A DNA stretch of 64,000 bases from positions 33,932,277 through 33,996,276 of the forward strand of contig JASCQW010000119.1 of assembly GCA_030264375.1 (NCBI GenBank), given 5' to 3'. Shown here one piece after another: positions 13,171 to 25,232 of the stretch. This DNA is from Carcharhinus longimanus. Its lineage: Eukaryota. A program made the position numbers and the translations under genes. The notes below the pieces were generated by a model that did not search any database, was not told the origin of the DNA, and saw nothing but the letters and a program-made list of their open reading frames with translations. The number at the start of each line of letters is the position of its first letter. Within the stretch, counting starts at the first letter, position 1.

Positions 13171-14494
13171 TTTACCCTTGTTTATTTTCTTAAGGGTGTC
13201 TCATGTTCTTTTGACTATCCTAATGTTCCTAAGCAGTGTTAAGACAATAGCTGTAGGCCAGCTGAGGAAATTATGCTGACTTTTATGGGGGGAGAACCTT
13301 ATAGGAAGCCCTCAAGCAGCTCTTGGTCTTGAGAGCCTAGTATTAGATTGCACCACCTCAACATGGGTGGCAGCACTCTGAGCTGTCAACTTGACAGGTA
13401 ACAGCAAAGGCACTGACAAAGTGGCAGTGGTAGGAGCACAATTGCTGTCATCCTGGGTGAGGATAGCAATCTTGTGCACCATGGAGCCATTGTTAGTCCC
13501 TGTGGTGGCACTTCAGCAACCATAGGAATCTGGGAGAGCACAGTTTGTTGCATTCTATGAGAACCGCTATGCCGCTTTGAGGATTGGTGCTTGCAGTCAC
13601 TGTGGTCTCAGTTTCAGCCTGCACAGCATGAAGTTGGGCTTGCATGGCAACAAGCATGGATCTCATGACCTCATTCTGAGCTTCTACTACTGCACTAAGA
13701 TGTTACAACGATTCTGCTTGTGCTGCAGCTGTGACATAGGCTGGCAGACACTGCATAAAGGTTGGATTTGCAAAGGCTGTCATGGAGTTGGCAGTTCCAT
13801 GATGGAAAGGTTGGATTCCAAGCTCTGTGCAAAGCCCTGTGCCAAGTTGGAACTGATAATAGGCTTTGTGTTAGGCCTGCCAATGCAATAAGCAGGCCTG
13901 TCTGTCCCATCAGTATTTTACTATACACTATCCCATCAAGGCCTCACCTGAGTTCCTGGTGGTAAAGTTTGTGCATGATTCTGTCCTCTAGGGAGCTGGC
14001 CCACACACTACACTTTCTCCCAGGCCTGGCTTCAACCCATTCATGCCTGGTGACTCAGTATGATCTAATCTTGCCTCCATATTGCTCTCCAAAGTATGTA
14101 CAGTGCCAGTATCTGAGTTGGTGATTCCATGGGAGGGATTTTACAACCTGGCTCGGACAAGGCACATAAAATCCCATACAAGGCCAAGGGAGAATTTCAT
14201 TCTGCAAGCCTCACCTGCTCCAATTCTGAGATGGGAGAGATGGTAAAATTCCAGGTCATGTGTTAGATCATGTGAAAATGTTTCATTATCAGTTGTCTAT
14301 CCTTGTTCACATACTCCACAGAGAAATGGAAAGTTTTGAGTATCTGAAGTAGGAAATCAGAAGGGCAGGGAGGTTGGGTGGAAAGCAAGAAGTTCATGGT
14401 CATACCATCTGTTAAGTAATGGGATGAGGGGATGTGGAATTTGGGAAGGTGCAAAATATAGGAACATGTTGTCTTCCGCAATGTACTAGTGATA

Positions 14495-14670
14495 TGGGAT
14501 CAATGGTCTCAGTCAGCTCCTACAGCCAAGCAGCCTTTGCCTGAAGAAGAGAATGTTTGAAGACCAGGACCTCAGAATTGGCACAAAACCCATTCTCTAC
14601 AGAACAGTAGTGATACCCATCTTCTTTTATGGCTCAAAAATGTAGACTATGTACAGCAGGCATCTCAAAT
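14495..14670 (+). mobile_element. RTE-clade LINE fragment
   Basis: LKKRMFEDQDLRIGTKPILYRTVVIPIFFYGS. Confidence 0.8.
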
Positions 14671-15009
14671 ATAATAGAGATTGTCTCCAGTAAGGAACTC
14701 AAATGATGTGACATGCATGTCCCCACCAGTTATGTGTGACTTTGTCCTGCAAGAAATGAGAGAATGTCAGTGAATATACTGTAATATGTTTGGGTGCCTT
14801 TCATAACTGAATAGCTAGAAGTATGTGAAAGCTACAAGGAGACAAAACAATGCTTCTAGCATCATTAAAAGTGTGAGGGTGAGGTTGAGAATCTGAATGT
14901 TCGACATGAGTCCTAATTGCTGATTGTTGAGGCTGCAGTGCATTAAATAGAGCGAAACATTGGCAGTGGGCTGGTTAGCAGATGTCATTAGGAAATGTAT
15001 TCACAGAGC

Positions 15010-15215
15010 TTGACCACTACTGTAAGGGAGTCAAACTTTCTCTGATTCTGCAGTCGGTTTTTTGGAGCCAGGCTTCTGGAATTCACCTCCCTGGCCACTT
15101 ACTGCCATTTCCTTTTCAAGGTATGCCTTGAGAGCCACTGCAGAAACATGACTGCTGTCTTTCTTTCGACCTCCTGACCAAAGGCATCAGAGAACTTTGG
15201 AACCCTCTTTCTCTG
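15010..15215 (-). mobile_element. Harbinger Myb/SANT-like gene remnant
   Basis: RVPKFSDAFGQEVERK...LKRKWQ*VAREVNSRSLAP...RKFDSLTVVVK. Confidence 0.65.
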
Positions 15216-18120
15216 ATCTGTTGTTCCATTGGTGGTTCTTTTCTTTCCCTCAAATACGCCAGCCTGAATGCATTTCCCCTTTTAAGAGGCTAGCAGTCTT
15301 CAAAAAGTGCAGAGTAACTGTGAATCATGCTAGCGATGTATGGAGCTGGGCCCTCTCTGAGCATGCAGCCAGTTAGCAGTGCCACAATCAGTGGGCCAAA
15401 CAGGCACATGAAGTTTGCATATAACTTACATCACCTCAGCTGGGTGCAGAGTAAATACATATTACAATTCCCATACCTGCTAATGGCAAGAGGAAATGGC
15501 AGAAAAAAATAGTTCAATATATTGATTTTCCTGGGGCAGACAGCTCTATTGGTTGCTATCTGTGCAGACCACAAAGGTTTTCCCATTGACATTACTTGAA
15601 CAATACTGCATGGGCCAAGCATGATAGTGACCTGTGGTGCTCTCTGCACACCCCAAGGAATCAATGTAATTTGTGTAGTATTTCTTGAAGCAGCACAGTG
15701 CATTTGAAAGAGCAGGGAAAATTGAAAGGAAAGCACAAAAGTAATTGTTTATAGTGAATGGAGTTAATGAAACATTGGATGAACAGTATCTGACTTTAAA
15801 AAATCAGCAGCAGAAGTGTTAAAACTTCACTGAGTTTAAAATTCAGTCCAGAATGTCTCCCACTGAATTGAACAGAATGCAATGTCATTATAAATTACAA
15901 CACATGAGAGCAAAATGACAGTATGCCAAGCAATCTCAGATAATAAAGCCAAAGCCTTGTTCAATTGGAGAGTGTGGTGTGGAAAATCACCCACAGTCCC
16001 TTTGCCTGGTATTTGTTTCCAGACCCCATGAATGCAGTCTCAAAAAAGGCACTGACCAGGGGCAGAGTGCATCAGTTTCCTATGTTCATTATTCAGAGTG
16101 AAATTATAAACACATTCTTCATACATGCGTTTATGATTTTCTTGCAAATAGCAAACAGGAAATGTTTCCTCCAGAATCAAATATTTAACCAGTTGGCAGA
16201 TCATAATGTGTGAATACATTTACTTGACTGTTAAAGGTGTCTTGTCATCCTGGTAGCACAAGCTGTAAATGACCTGTTCACTAATTACTTGAAGTATTGT
16301 GGCCCAGATTAAAAATTCAGGTTCAATTGATCCCTGCACTAAACTTGCATTCTCATGTCAAAGCACAAATTTCCATGCTTGGAACAGTCCAGCTTACTTG
16401 GCTGTTCCAGGGGATCAGTAGTTCACTGGATTCAATTATGAAATTGGACTGTATTCATAACTACCATAATTCATTCGAAAAATATACCTCTGTATTCCAG
16501 GATCTCACAGTTGTGAAATTGCCGCAGCCTTCCTGTCTTCTTATCTAGGTATTTAAAACTAAGTTCACACCATCAATCCACAATATAATTTATCTACTGT
16601 TTTTTTTCCTATTCTACTCAACCTTCATTCAATAAAAAAGGTATACTTCAATAAGCATAGTATTGGCAATTTATAACATACATTATAACAAATTAAGTAA
16701 AACTGTAACAACTGCCTACACCATATTCCTTACTAAGTATAAAATACCAAGATTCATATAAAAAGGTAACTTGATATTAAAAAAACTTAAGAAAAATAAT
16801 TCTTTTATTTTATGAAGTTATGATAAATATCACACATGATACTGAAAAGTTTACTTGGGAATTGAAGTTGCCAGCACACTATACACAGTGTAGAAAGGAT
16901 GCAATGTGAGAGGGTTAGGAATGTTTAACAAGGGTTCTTTAGGGTTAGCTGGATCAGGGTTCACCAAAGGTTGTTCATACATGGTACTGTAATGGATCTG
17001 AAGGGATGGACCATTGCCACCAAAGGCATTTTAAAATGTGTACTGTAAAACACACAAATAAATTGTAATGTAACCGCATTGCAGCATGGTATCCCTGGAT
17101 TCTTAAATTGCTGAGCCTCTAATAGCAGTCAGCTTAACCTGTAGGTTTGAGCAATTAGATGGAACAGCTGTGATAGTTTTCATTTACATGACCATGATAA
17201 GTTATTAACCATTTTTTGCTGTGTGACAGGAACAGAATTTTTAAAATTCTGTTCTTTGTTGAAGAAAACTGGTCTTTATCTACAAAGGTTTTAAAAGCAA
17301 AAGCTTTTTTTTAGTTTTGATTTCCTGACAACTCTGGAACCAATCACTTACTAGCTAAAATCCCATAATTCTGCGACGAGGGTTCTAAGCAAATGTGGAG
17401 TGTGCATCTAAATTTACTCCATATGGCAAAAATTTTACCTGCCAAGAAAGAGAAGCAGCTCTCCAAAAGCTTAATGTTCAGTTCTACATAAAGCTCAGGA
17501 CAGACACTGCTTACTGATATCAGGTATGTGTCTGCTATATAGGATTCTACTGTGTCTATTTAGTTAGAATAGGCACAACAGGCTTTTTTTTGATCACGTA
17601 TGTTTATAAAACTTTTTTTCTGTGTCAGTTAGTAAGGTTCTGTGAGGTGCAGTAACCAAAGAGATTATGTGTGTAATATGGGAACTCAAAAATGCCCTTG
17701 CAGAATACATGTTTTGTTTTATTTTTAAGTTATTTCAATATTCATCCAGTCTTGTAGCCTCATATCACACATCATCCCTGGCCATAAGGACATGTAACTT
17801 GTTTCTGTGTCTCTATCTGTGCTACTGGGAGGTGTGCAAGAAAGACTCTGGCTGATTCTTTGTTGGATTTTCTCACTACCAATGATGATGCCTGCCCTCT
17901 GCATCATGATACATCATGGCATTCCCATTCCTTAGATTGGATGAAAATATTCGAAGAAGCTTCGTAAGGAGAGAGGGATTGATGCCAAACTATGTGTTTT
18001 ACTTGCTCCTATTCCTTCAGATTCAGGCAGAAACAGCTAGACCTGCTTCTGTATGATTGGGTAATGCAGAACATTTTTATTCAATTAATAAGAATACATA
18101 GAGAAAATTAAGTACAACTG

Positions 18121-18203
18121 TATTGTTGTTGTCCCACAGCTTTTACTCATACATTTGAGTAAAAAGAATGAGTATGAGTAAAAGCTGTGGGACAACAACA
18201 ATA
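18121..18203. repeat. Perfect 32-bp inverted repeat with a 19-nt spacer
   Basis: TATTGTTGTTGTCCCACAGCTTTTACTCATAC (18121-18152) is the exact reverse complement of 18172-18203. Confidence 0.95.
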
Positions 18204-19739
18204 TCAGAAGTTCAGAGATTTGAAGAAAGAACTTTGTTTTAAAATGTGAAACATTATATAACTTGAGCAGCAGAGTCTGGTTTGAGGTAGAGGAGACAAA
18301 AAAATTCAACAGAAAAGCTGAGCATGGTCAGGAAATAAATGGAAAGAGTGTATGCCAGTAATTTTGTTTATGGTATGGCCTTGTTTCTCAAAGTTTTCAC
18401 CCTGGCAATGATTGTGTATTGTGTGTAATAATGGTACAATTTGGATCAGCCAAGGATTTTCTCTCCCTCCAGCCAAATAGTTCTCAGCCAGTTGGATATG
18501 AGTTTGGGACTCACCATCCAGGGAATCAAGGAGGATGGGCATGAACAGAACCAATTTGCAACCATTCCATGACACAGATTATTTGCACCCTTCTCCAAAA
18601 GGCTGCTTGAAGGTCTGTAACTTAAAGTGAATGACCAAATTGTCCTAAAGTGAGTTCTGTCTTTTCGATATTAATTGATGACATGCTCACTGGTTTAGTG
18701 ACAGTGTCTCACTGTGTTAATACACAGTCATGCATGGATACATTAATGTGATAAATAAAAAAAGTTCCCAAGAAACTGACACACATGGAATCTGGAATTT
18801 TAGATGTAACTTTTAGTCTCTCCAAACATACTGAGCCACATTATCAATTTGCTGCCTGGACACAAATTGATGTCACGGGTTGGCAGTTTATTATAGAGAA
18901 CTCCTGATTATCATCTGCATTGAAATCAATGGTAAAAAAGTACATATGTTTCTATAATGCATGTGTGTTCCACAATATTGGTTTTATGCCTGAGCTGCAA
19001 GAGCTTAATCCACTTTAATGTGCTATAGTTCATGAGTTTCTTGCAGACAGTTTAAATCAATATCTTCTTAAGATTATTTGTTTGTTTGTTTCTAAGCTGC
19101 TGGTAGGCATTATCAATATGACCTAACTAGTTCAAGCAGGAAGAAGTCTCTTTCGGCAGGTTTTAAACTTATTCTTATCCAGGCTAAAATAATTTCAAGG
19201 CAGCATTCTATTAGCCTCCTTTCCAGGATTCCAGTAACTTTCGTCTCCCAAAGGCTGAAGTTGATCAAGCAGCTACCAAAACAAAAATTCAGCCAATTGA
19301 TGTCAGCAAGTGCTAAAGAGGTGTGATCTGGGTGCTGTGTGGACTGCCTTATACAAACTGCACAATGATATTATATGAAAGTACGATGGACACATCCAAG
19401 CTGCTTGATTGAATATAATTGTTTACAATGAGCCACCCCATTTACATTGATCCTTTAAGCCTTCAGATGATTAGTTGGAGTGCATCTAATGCTTGTCTTA
19501 AGCGCCATTTTCCCTGTTGTAATATTTCAAACCAATCCTGTGGGAAGATACTCCACTTTCTCAGCTTTAAAGAATATTTATATTAGAAATGCAGTTAACT
19601 TTTTCCACTCTGGAGAAGCTGGAAGATCATTTATTTATGTTGTTGAAGCCATGATAAACAAAGGGAAAAAAAAATCCTTTTATTTTGACACTTGAAACAT
19701 GTCCAAATCTGGGTGAAAACATGATGTGCGCTATATTTA

Positions 19740-20950
19740 GTAGCCCCAACCAACTTCATGCTGTCTGCTATTTTAACAATTTCAGCATCTTGTCAGTGAT
19801 ATCCATGCTGTTGATTGGTGGGACCTCTGAGCCTACCCAGAGGGAACCAATATCGTGAATGGTTAGTACCAGTTAAAGCTAGCTTGAACAGTTTAAAGCT
19901 AACCTGCATCTTTTAAAAGCAAGTGCATTGTGTATTGAGTAGGTTCTGGCATTTGGTCTGGAAATGAATCAGACTTGTGAAACATTGAGCAATTGCAAAA
20001 CATGGGAGAGAGGGGGATTAAATTTTTTTGGATGTCATACTGAAGACTTTTTGGAGGAGATGCAAAGAGAAAGAATGTCCTATATCTACAGGAGGCCAGG
20101 AGCCCAAACCCAATGCAAATGCAGAAGGCAATGTAAGCAGATGATCATGGGGGGGCAATGTCAATGGTCAAATCTCATTGACCTGATGTTGTACTGCAAG
20201 AAATTCAGTGACCTCAGATAAGTGGTCATGGTCATGGTCACAGTCATTAAATGCACCTCCAAATGTTGCATCTGACCAACTGCACCACTAGCCTCAGACA
20301 CTGCTTATTTCATCACATCCCTATTACCCGTTCCAGCATTTACTATCAAATGGAACTCAAATTGGGCCTTTATATGCTTCCTCTTCTTCTTCCTCCTTTT
20401 CACGCTTTTGCTCCTGAACTCTGTTGTCAGAAAATTACTAAATATTCTTTTCAACCTTGTGTTTGGTTAAAGAACTGTGTAATATATTGTGAAATTTGGT
20501 GAAGGCCCAACTTTCTCTCTCTCCTCCCATTACCTGAAACAAAAATGAAGTAAAACATTATTGAATAAATGAATATTTTTAACTAAATAAGAACAATATA
20601 TCTTGAAGGATTTAATACAGTTTTCAAATAACTTGATGCTCAGGTTGCTCCGAAAATCTTTGGGTTCTGGGAAACCCTGGTTAAAAACCCTGCTGTAAGC
20701 AGTTGATTATTCCTTTAAATTGCATTGCTCGGCCATCTTTTCAGCTGCTGAATGCTTATCCAGCCTTGGTTAAGAGAGGGTGCAAGCAGGAACGTTGGGC
20801 TCCAAAATGGCATTGTTGACATTAATTCAGCATGGCATGATGATTAACATCACGAGCTGATTGCTCTGCATACTATTAGTGGCTGTTCACATGCACAAAA
20901 TCTCTCACCAATGTGGCACCTAAAAATATGCACATTGCAGATGCCATTTT
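19740..20950 (+). mobile_element. Harbinger-derived element with Myb/SANT-like remnant (19990-20240); a related copy lies in reverse at ~2830-3110
   Basis: ORF 19964-20221 has ..FLEEMQRER..YCKKFSDLR; 20250-20330 matches the reverse complement of 3000-3075. Confidence 0.6.
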
Positions 20951-21171
20951 GGACAATAGATAAGACCCATAGCCAAGCAACAATTACTACTCATCTTAAT
21001 CTTGCTCCTGTTAATGCTAAATGATTCTATCTTTAGCTCTCATATTTTTCAATATTTTCTAGTGCAGACTTCCATTGTCAGCTATGTCTCAAATTTTCTA
21101 ACTGTTATGACCAATGTATAATTTTTAAATTGAATATATAACATATTATATGTATATGTTATTTTTGTTTG

Positions 21172-22080
21172 TGTGTTATGCAAGGTAAAATGGTTTCAGT
21201 TTTATTTACATTTGTGAGTCTTGGAGCCTGGGAGTCTCCCACCTAAAATGTCAAGTATTTTGGGTTTATTTATCTATTTTGTTTTATTGAGGTTTTATAA
21301 CTCTTGAAGTTAAGGAGATGGGTTAGAAAGGGTTAAAATTTTAGTGATCCTGGGGAAAAAACACAAAATTGAAAAATCTTTACTGCTGCCTCATGACAGT
21401 GGTCCAGAAAAATAGACACAATAAAAGACAGGGTTGAGACAGAAAGAGTTCTGTGTGAATCAGAGAGAAAGGGCATAAATGTTAAGTTCTCTGAGACTAC
21501 AAGATTATTAAGGGCAATTGTTGACTGAATACTTAGTATGGATCTCAGTAAAGTGATTAATTTAGCAGAGGTGCAAAAGGAAGACTGAGTTTAGGGAATT
21601 AATTTGTTTTTTCCATAGTTAAAGAAACAGCGAGTTTAGAGTATGGCTTTTGGGTGTCTTGGGGCGAGCGATACAAGCTGGGTGGAAAGCATCAAGTTAA
21701 TATTCAGGAGTTCACCGGAAGAAAACCATTTGCAACTGTGCCACTACTAAGTGAGAAGCCTTTATGTCAAGTTAATGGTAACTCTTCACTGGATTACGTG
21801 TCTGTAAAGGTGCTGCTGGGGTAAAGAAGAAGTGTTAACTTGAATAATCTTCCTGTGTTTGCATTGTCATCTTTCCAACTTCTTTTTGTCTGGTATAATA
21901 AAATTCACTTTTCTTGTTTTAGTAAAGATTTTATTCTTTGAATTAAATGTTCAGCAGCAGATTCCTGTGAATTTGTTCAGTAGTTCACTTCCAAGTTTTC
22001 TAAAAAAAAATTAGGATCTATCAAGTCAGGTTTCGCTCTAGGATCTGATTTGTGCAGTATTAATATCAGCTGGGATTACA
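21172..22080 (+). mobile_element. Probable solo LTR
   Basis: TGT...ACA ends, internal AATAAA at ~21897, no coding similarity. Confidence 0.35.
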
Positions 22081-24069
22081 AGATTGTATACTTGTTGGGT
22101 TCATCTATCTGTCTAATTATCAATCTATCTGTAGTGATCAGTAAGCTCAGTTGGCTATATGGCTAGAGTGTGTTGTATTATAATTCTAACAGCATGGGTG
22201 CAATCCCTGAACTGGCTGTGGTAGCTTATGGAGACCTGTCTCCTTGTCTTGCGCCACATTTGATCTGGAGCGATGCCCTTCAATGTACATAAGTAATCAT
22301 CTCTCTCTGATTGAGATAGCTCCCAATGGTCCTTTGTGGTCTATGGCTAATTAATTATCCCTTACAATTTTCATTGATGTCATTTTTGGTACTATCCTTC
22401 ACAATCTATTCCCCAAATCTTGAAAATCTTTGATGATTATATATTGGTGAATATTGAGGAATCTATTTAGGGGATTTACACTTAAAAAAAAAATTGTGAA
22501 CATGGATCAGCCTAAAAGAGAGGCAGGTAGTAAACTCTGCTTCCAACTGACTTTAATTGCATGATTTTAATCTCTCCCAAGTGCAGAACTGGAGTGGCTC
22601 ATTTAAAATCTTCTTCAGCAATTCTTAATTAAATCACAGTCAATTTGCACCATTAGTTTAAAGCTGTGTTTCACATTACATGACCAAAATAGAATGAGTA
22701 ATTATTGCACAGGGAATAAGTAAATGTGTATTAACATTTCTATCCTACAAAAAATGACGTACGCATCATTAAATCCTTCAGCTANNNNNNNNNNNNNNNN
22801 NNNNNNNNNNNNNNNNNNNNNNNNNNNNNNNNNNNNNNNNNNNNNNNNNNNNNNNNNNNNNNNNNNNNNNNNNNNNNNNNNNNNTCATTAAATCCTTCAG
22901 CTAAAACACTACACAGTCATTTTAGTCTACTCATGCTGGCACCATCAACACCTGTCCAAAACCGGTTCCTTTAATGGTTTAGCAGTTCTAAAAATGCTTT
23001 AAAAACCTCAGAATTAATGAGTTGCAAAACAAATAAACAATTCTATGGAATATGGAACAGAATGAGGAGCTAATGATTGAAAACAAGCAAGACCATTTCA
23101 GTTATTGCGGCTGTAGATATATCAAGGAACATACACAAAATATTTTCACTGCTTATTATTAACACCACTGGTATACAATTACCTCCTGCTCCTATCTTAT
23201 ATGTTTCTTTGTTTCTATATAAGCTGCTTTTTGAAACATGTGCACGTTTAACTGAATGGTAATGATGGTATAAACTGGAATGATTGTTCAGGGTGAAGAA
23301 GAAATTGATACAATATATTCAATTAAAGATGGTAAAGATATAAATCACAATGGTTGTAAGAGTGCCAGATTACTCATGGCATTGAAGTGTCCAGATGTTT
23401 TTAGACTTTAAAAAAAGGGGGCCTACTGGAGTGTTGGAATGCAGATTCTCCTCCACATGTCCTCCTAATTTCAGCAGCTCACCGGATGAAGTTGTATTTG
23501 TAGACAAGGCAATTTCTCTCAAGAAAGGAGATTGCTTAGGATAGGTTCCAACCAATCTCACATATCTTCCTGTGCTTATTTGAAGGGTGGATGTTACAAT
23601 TCAAACCTTCTAAGTATGCTTTCTCTTTCAACAGTTGCACCAGCCATCAATGAATGAATTGGGTCCCCTTGAAATTAAATGTATGGTCAAATCAAGTGGT
23701 TACAGTTCTCGGAGATCATTCGGGCCATTTTCTCTGTGCTGGCTCTCTGCAAGAGCAGTTAAACTAGTGCTTTTCCCTTGTTTTTTCCCTGTAGTCCTGC
23801 AAATGTTTCCTCTTTGGATGATGATACAATGAAAGTTGCCATTGAATCTGTCCCCGCCACACTTTCAGATAACGCATTCCAAATCCTAACCACTTTCTGC
23901 CTAAAAAAGTTTTCTCCCATATTGGCAAAGAAAAATTGTAATCACCATAAATTGGAATTTGCTGGCCTTCAATCCTTCCACAAATAGAAACAATTTCTCC
24001 CTATCTACCAGACTCAAAAGAGTCATGTTTGCCTACCTCAGAGCCAACAAATCAATAATTTTGTACAAG

Positions 24070-25232
24070 AGAAAAATACTGCAGATGTTGGAAATCTGAA
24101 CTAAAAATAGAAAAGACCAGAGGGGGCAGAGAATCCAGCAGAAGTTCCCAAATGGCATGTACATTAACGGGACTTCCCACTGAGATTGTCCCCACTGGCC
24201 GCCATGACATAATGGCATTCCTGACATGAAAGGCCAGGAACCCCATTGGCAAACATTTGCATGGCATTAGCGGGCATCCCTGCAGTATCATGCCAGATGT
24301 TTACAACAGCTTTTGACAAATGGAGACTTGGCAAAAGCAACCCATCAGGGGCTCCCAGGTAAGTACTGCCCCTGGGGTGGAGCATCATGCCTAGACAGTA
24401 CTGTCACTTCCCCCTGACAATGTCCTGTTCATGGTGGGGGCTTTCCATGATGTGGTGCTTCTTTTATTTATTTATTTTCATTGGGGTGACATTTAAAAAC
24501 AGCACCCGATCTGGCAGGAGCTGGGATTGCTGATGGGTTATGTTCATTCTGCCCTGCCAACATGACATGGTGGGACCCACCTCTTTCATTCCTTTTCCTA
24601 AGTGTTTGAAAATACAGTGGGAAAAGCCAGCAAGACAGCTGGCAGCTGCCATCGCTTTTCTCACCCGAGACAACACTTTGTGTTTCAGATTGGTGGAGTT
24701 GGGAATGTTTACAGAAAGGCTGAAGGGGGAGGGGCAAGGGGTGAGGTAGAGAACAAACAGGAAGGTCCGAGGTGTGGTGGAAGGCAGGGGATCAAGTGAT
24801 AAATTGATGATAGCGATCGAAAAAAATAGGATAGTAGTGGATCAAATATAGAAACAAAGGATATGTCCAGAGGAGGTATGATGGGAAGGCAAAATCACAG
24901 TAACAACTACTATCCAATAAAAATGGGGCAGAAGTAATAATCTGAAATTGTTGAATTGAATGCAGTTTCCAGAAGGCTGTGGAGTGCCTTGCTTAAAAAT
25001 GAGGAACTTTTCCTTGAGCGTATATTGTGAACACATAAAATATGAGCAGGAGTAGACCAGATGGCTGCATGCTTATTTAAAATTACGAGCTTTTGGAGCA
25101 CTGCTCCAAATCCCCTGATGAAGGAGCAGCACTCCGAAAGCTCGTGATTTGAAATAAACCTGTTGGACTTTAATCTGGTGTTATGAGACTTCTTACTGTG
25201 CCCTCCCCAGAGCAATGTTGGCATCTCCACAC
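24070..25232. mobile_element. Penelope-like element fragments (with a MITE nested at ~24120-24660)
   Basis: AAAATACTGCAGATG.TGGAAATCTGAA terminus, GIY-YIG C-terminal remnant on the minus strand at 24900-25010, and terminus CTGATGAAGGAGCAGC.CTCCGAAAGCT...AATAAACCTGTTGGACT. Confidence 0.65.

Noticed and set aside
17936-17963. Possible small exon (ccttag|...GCTTC|gtaagg, MKIFEEA)
   Set aside because: The ATG frame ends in phase 2, incompatible with the phase-1 acceptor at 41117, and I recognise no homology.
22766-22903. 19-bp direct repeat TCATTAAATCCTTCAGCTA flanking a 100-N gap
   Set aside because: This is a typical unmerged contig overlap, so an assembly artefact rather than a TSD.
23635-23832. 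Strong-looking acceptor (ttctctttcaacag) with a short ORF
   Set aside because: There is no matching donor or homology, and it runs into CR1-like decayed sequence.
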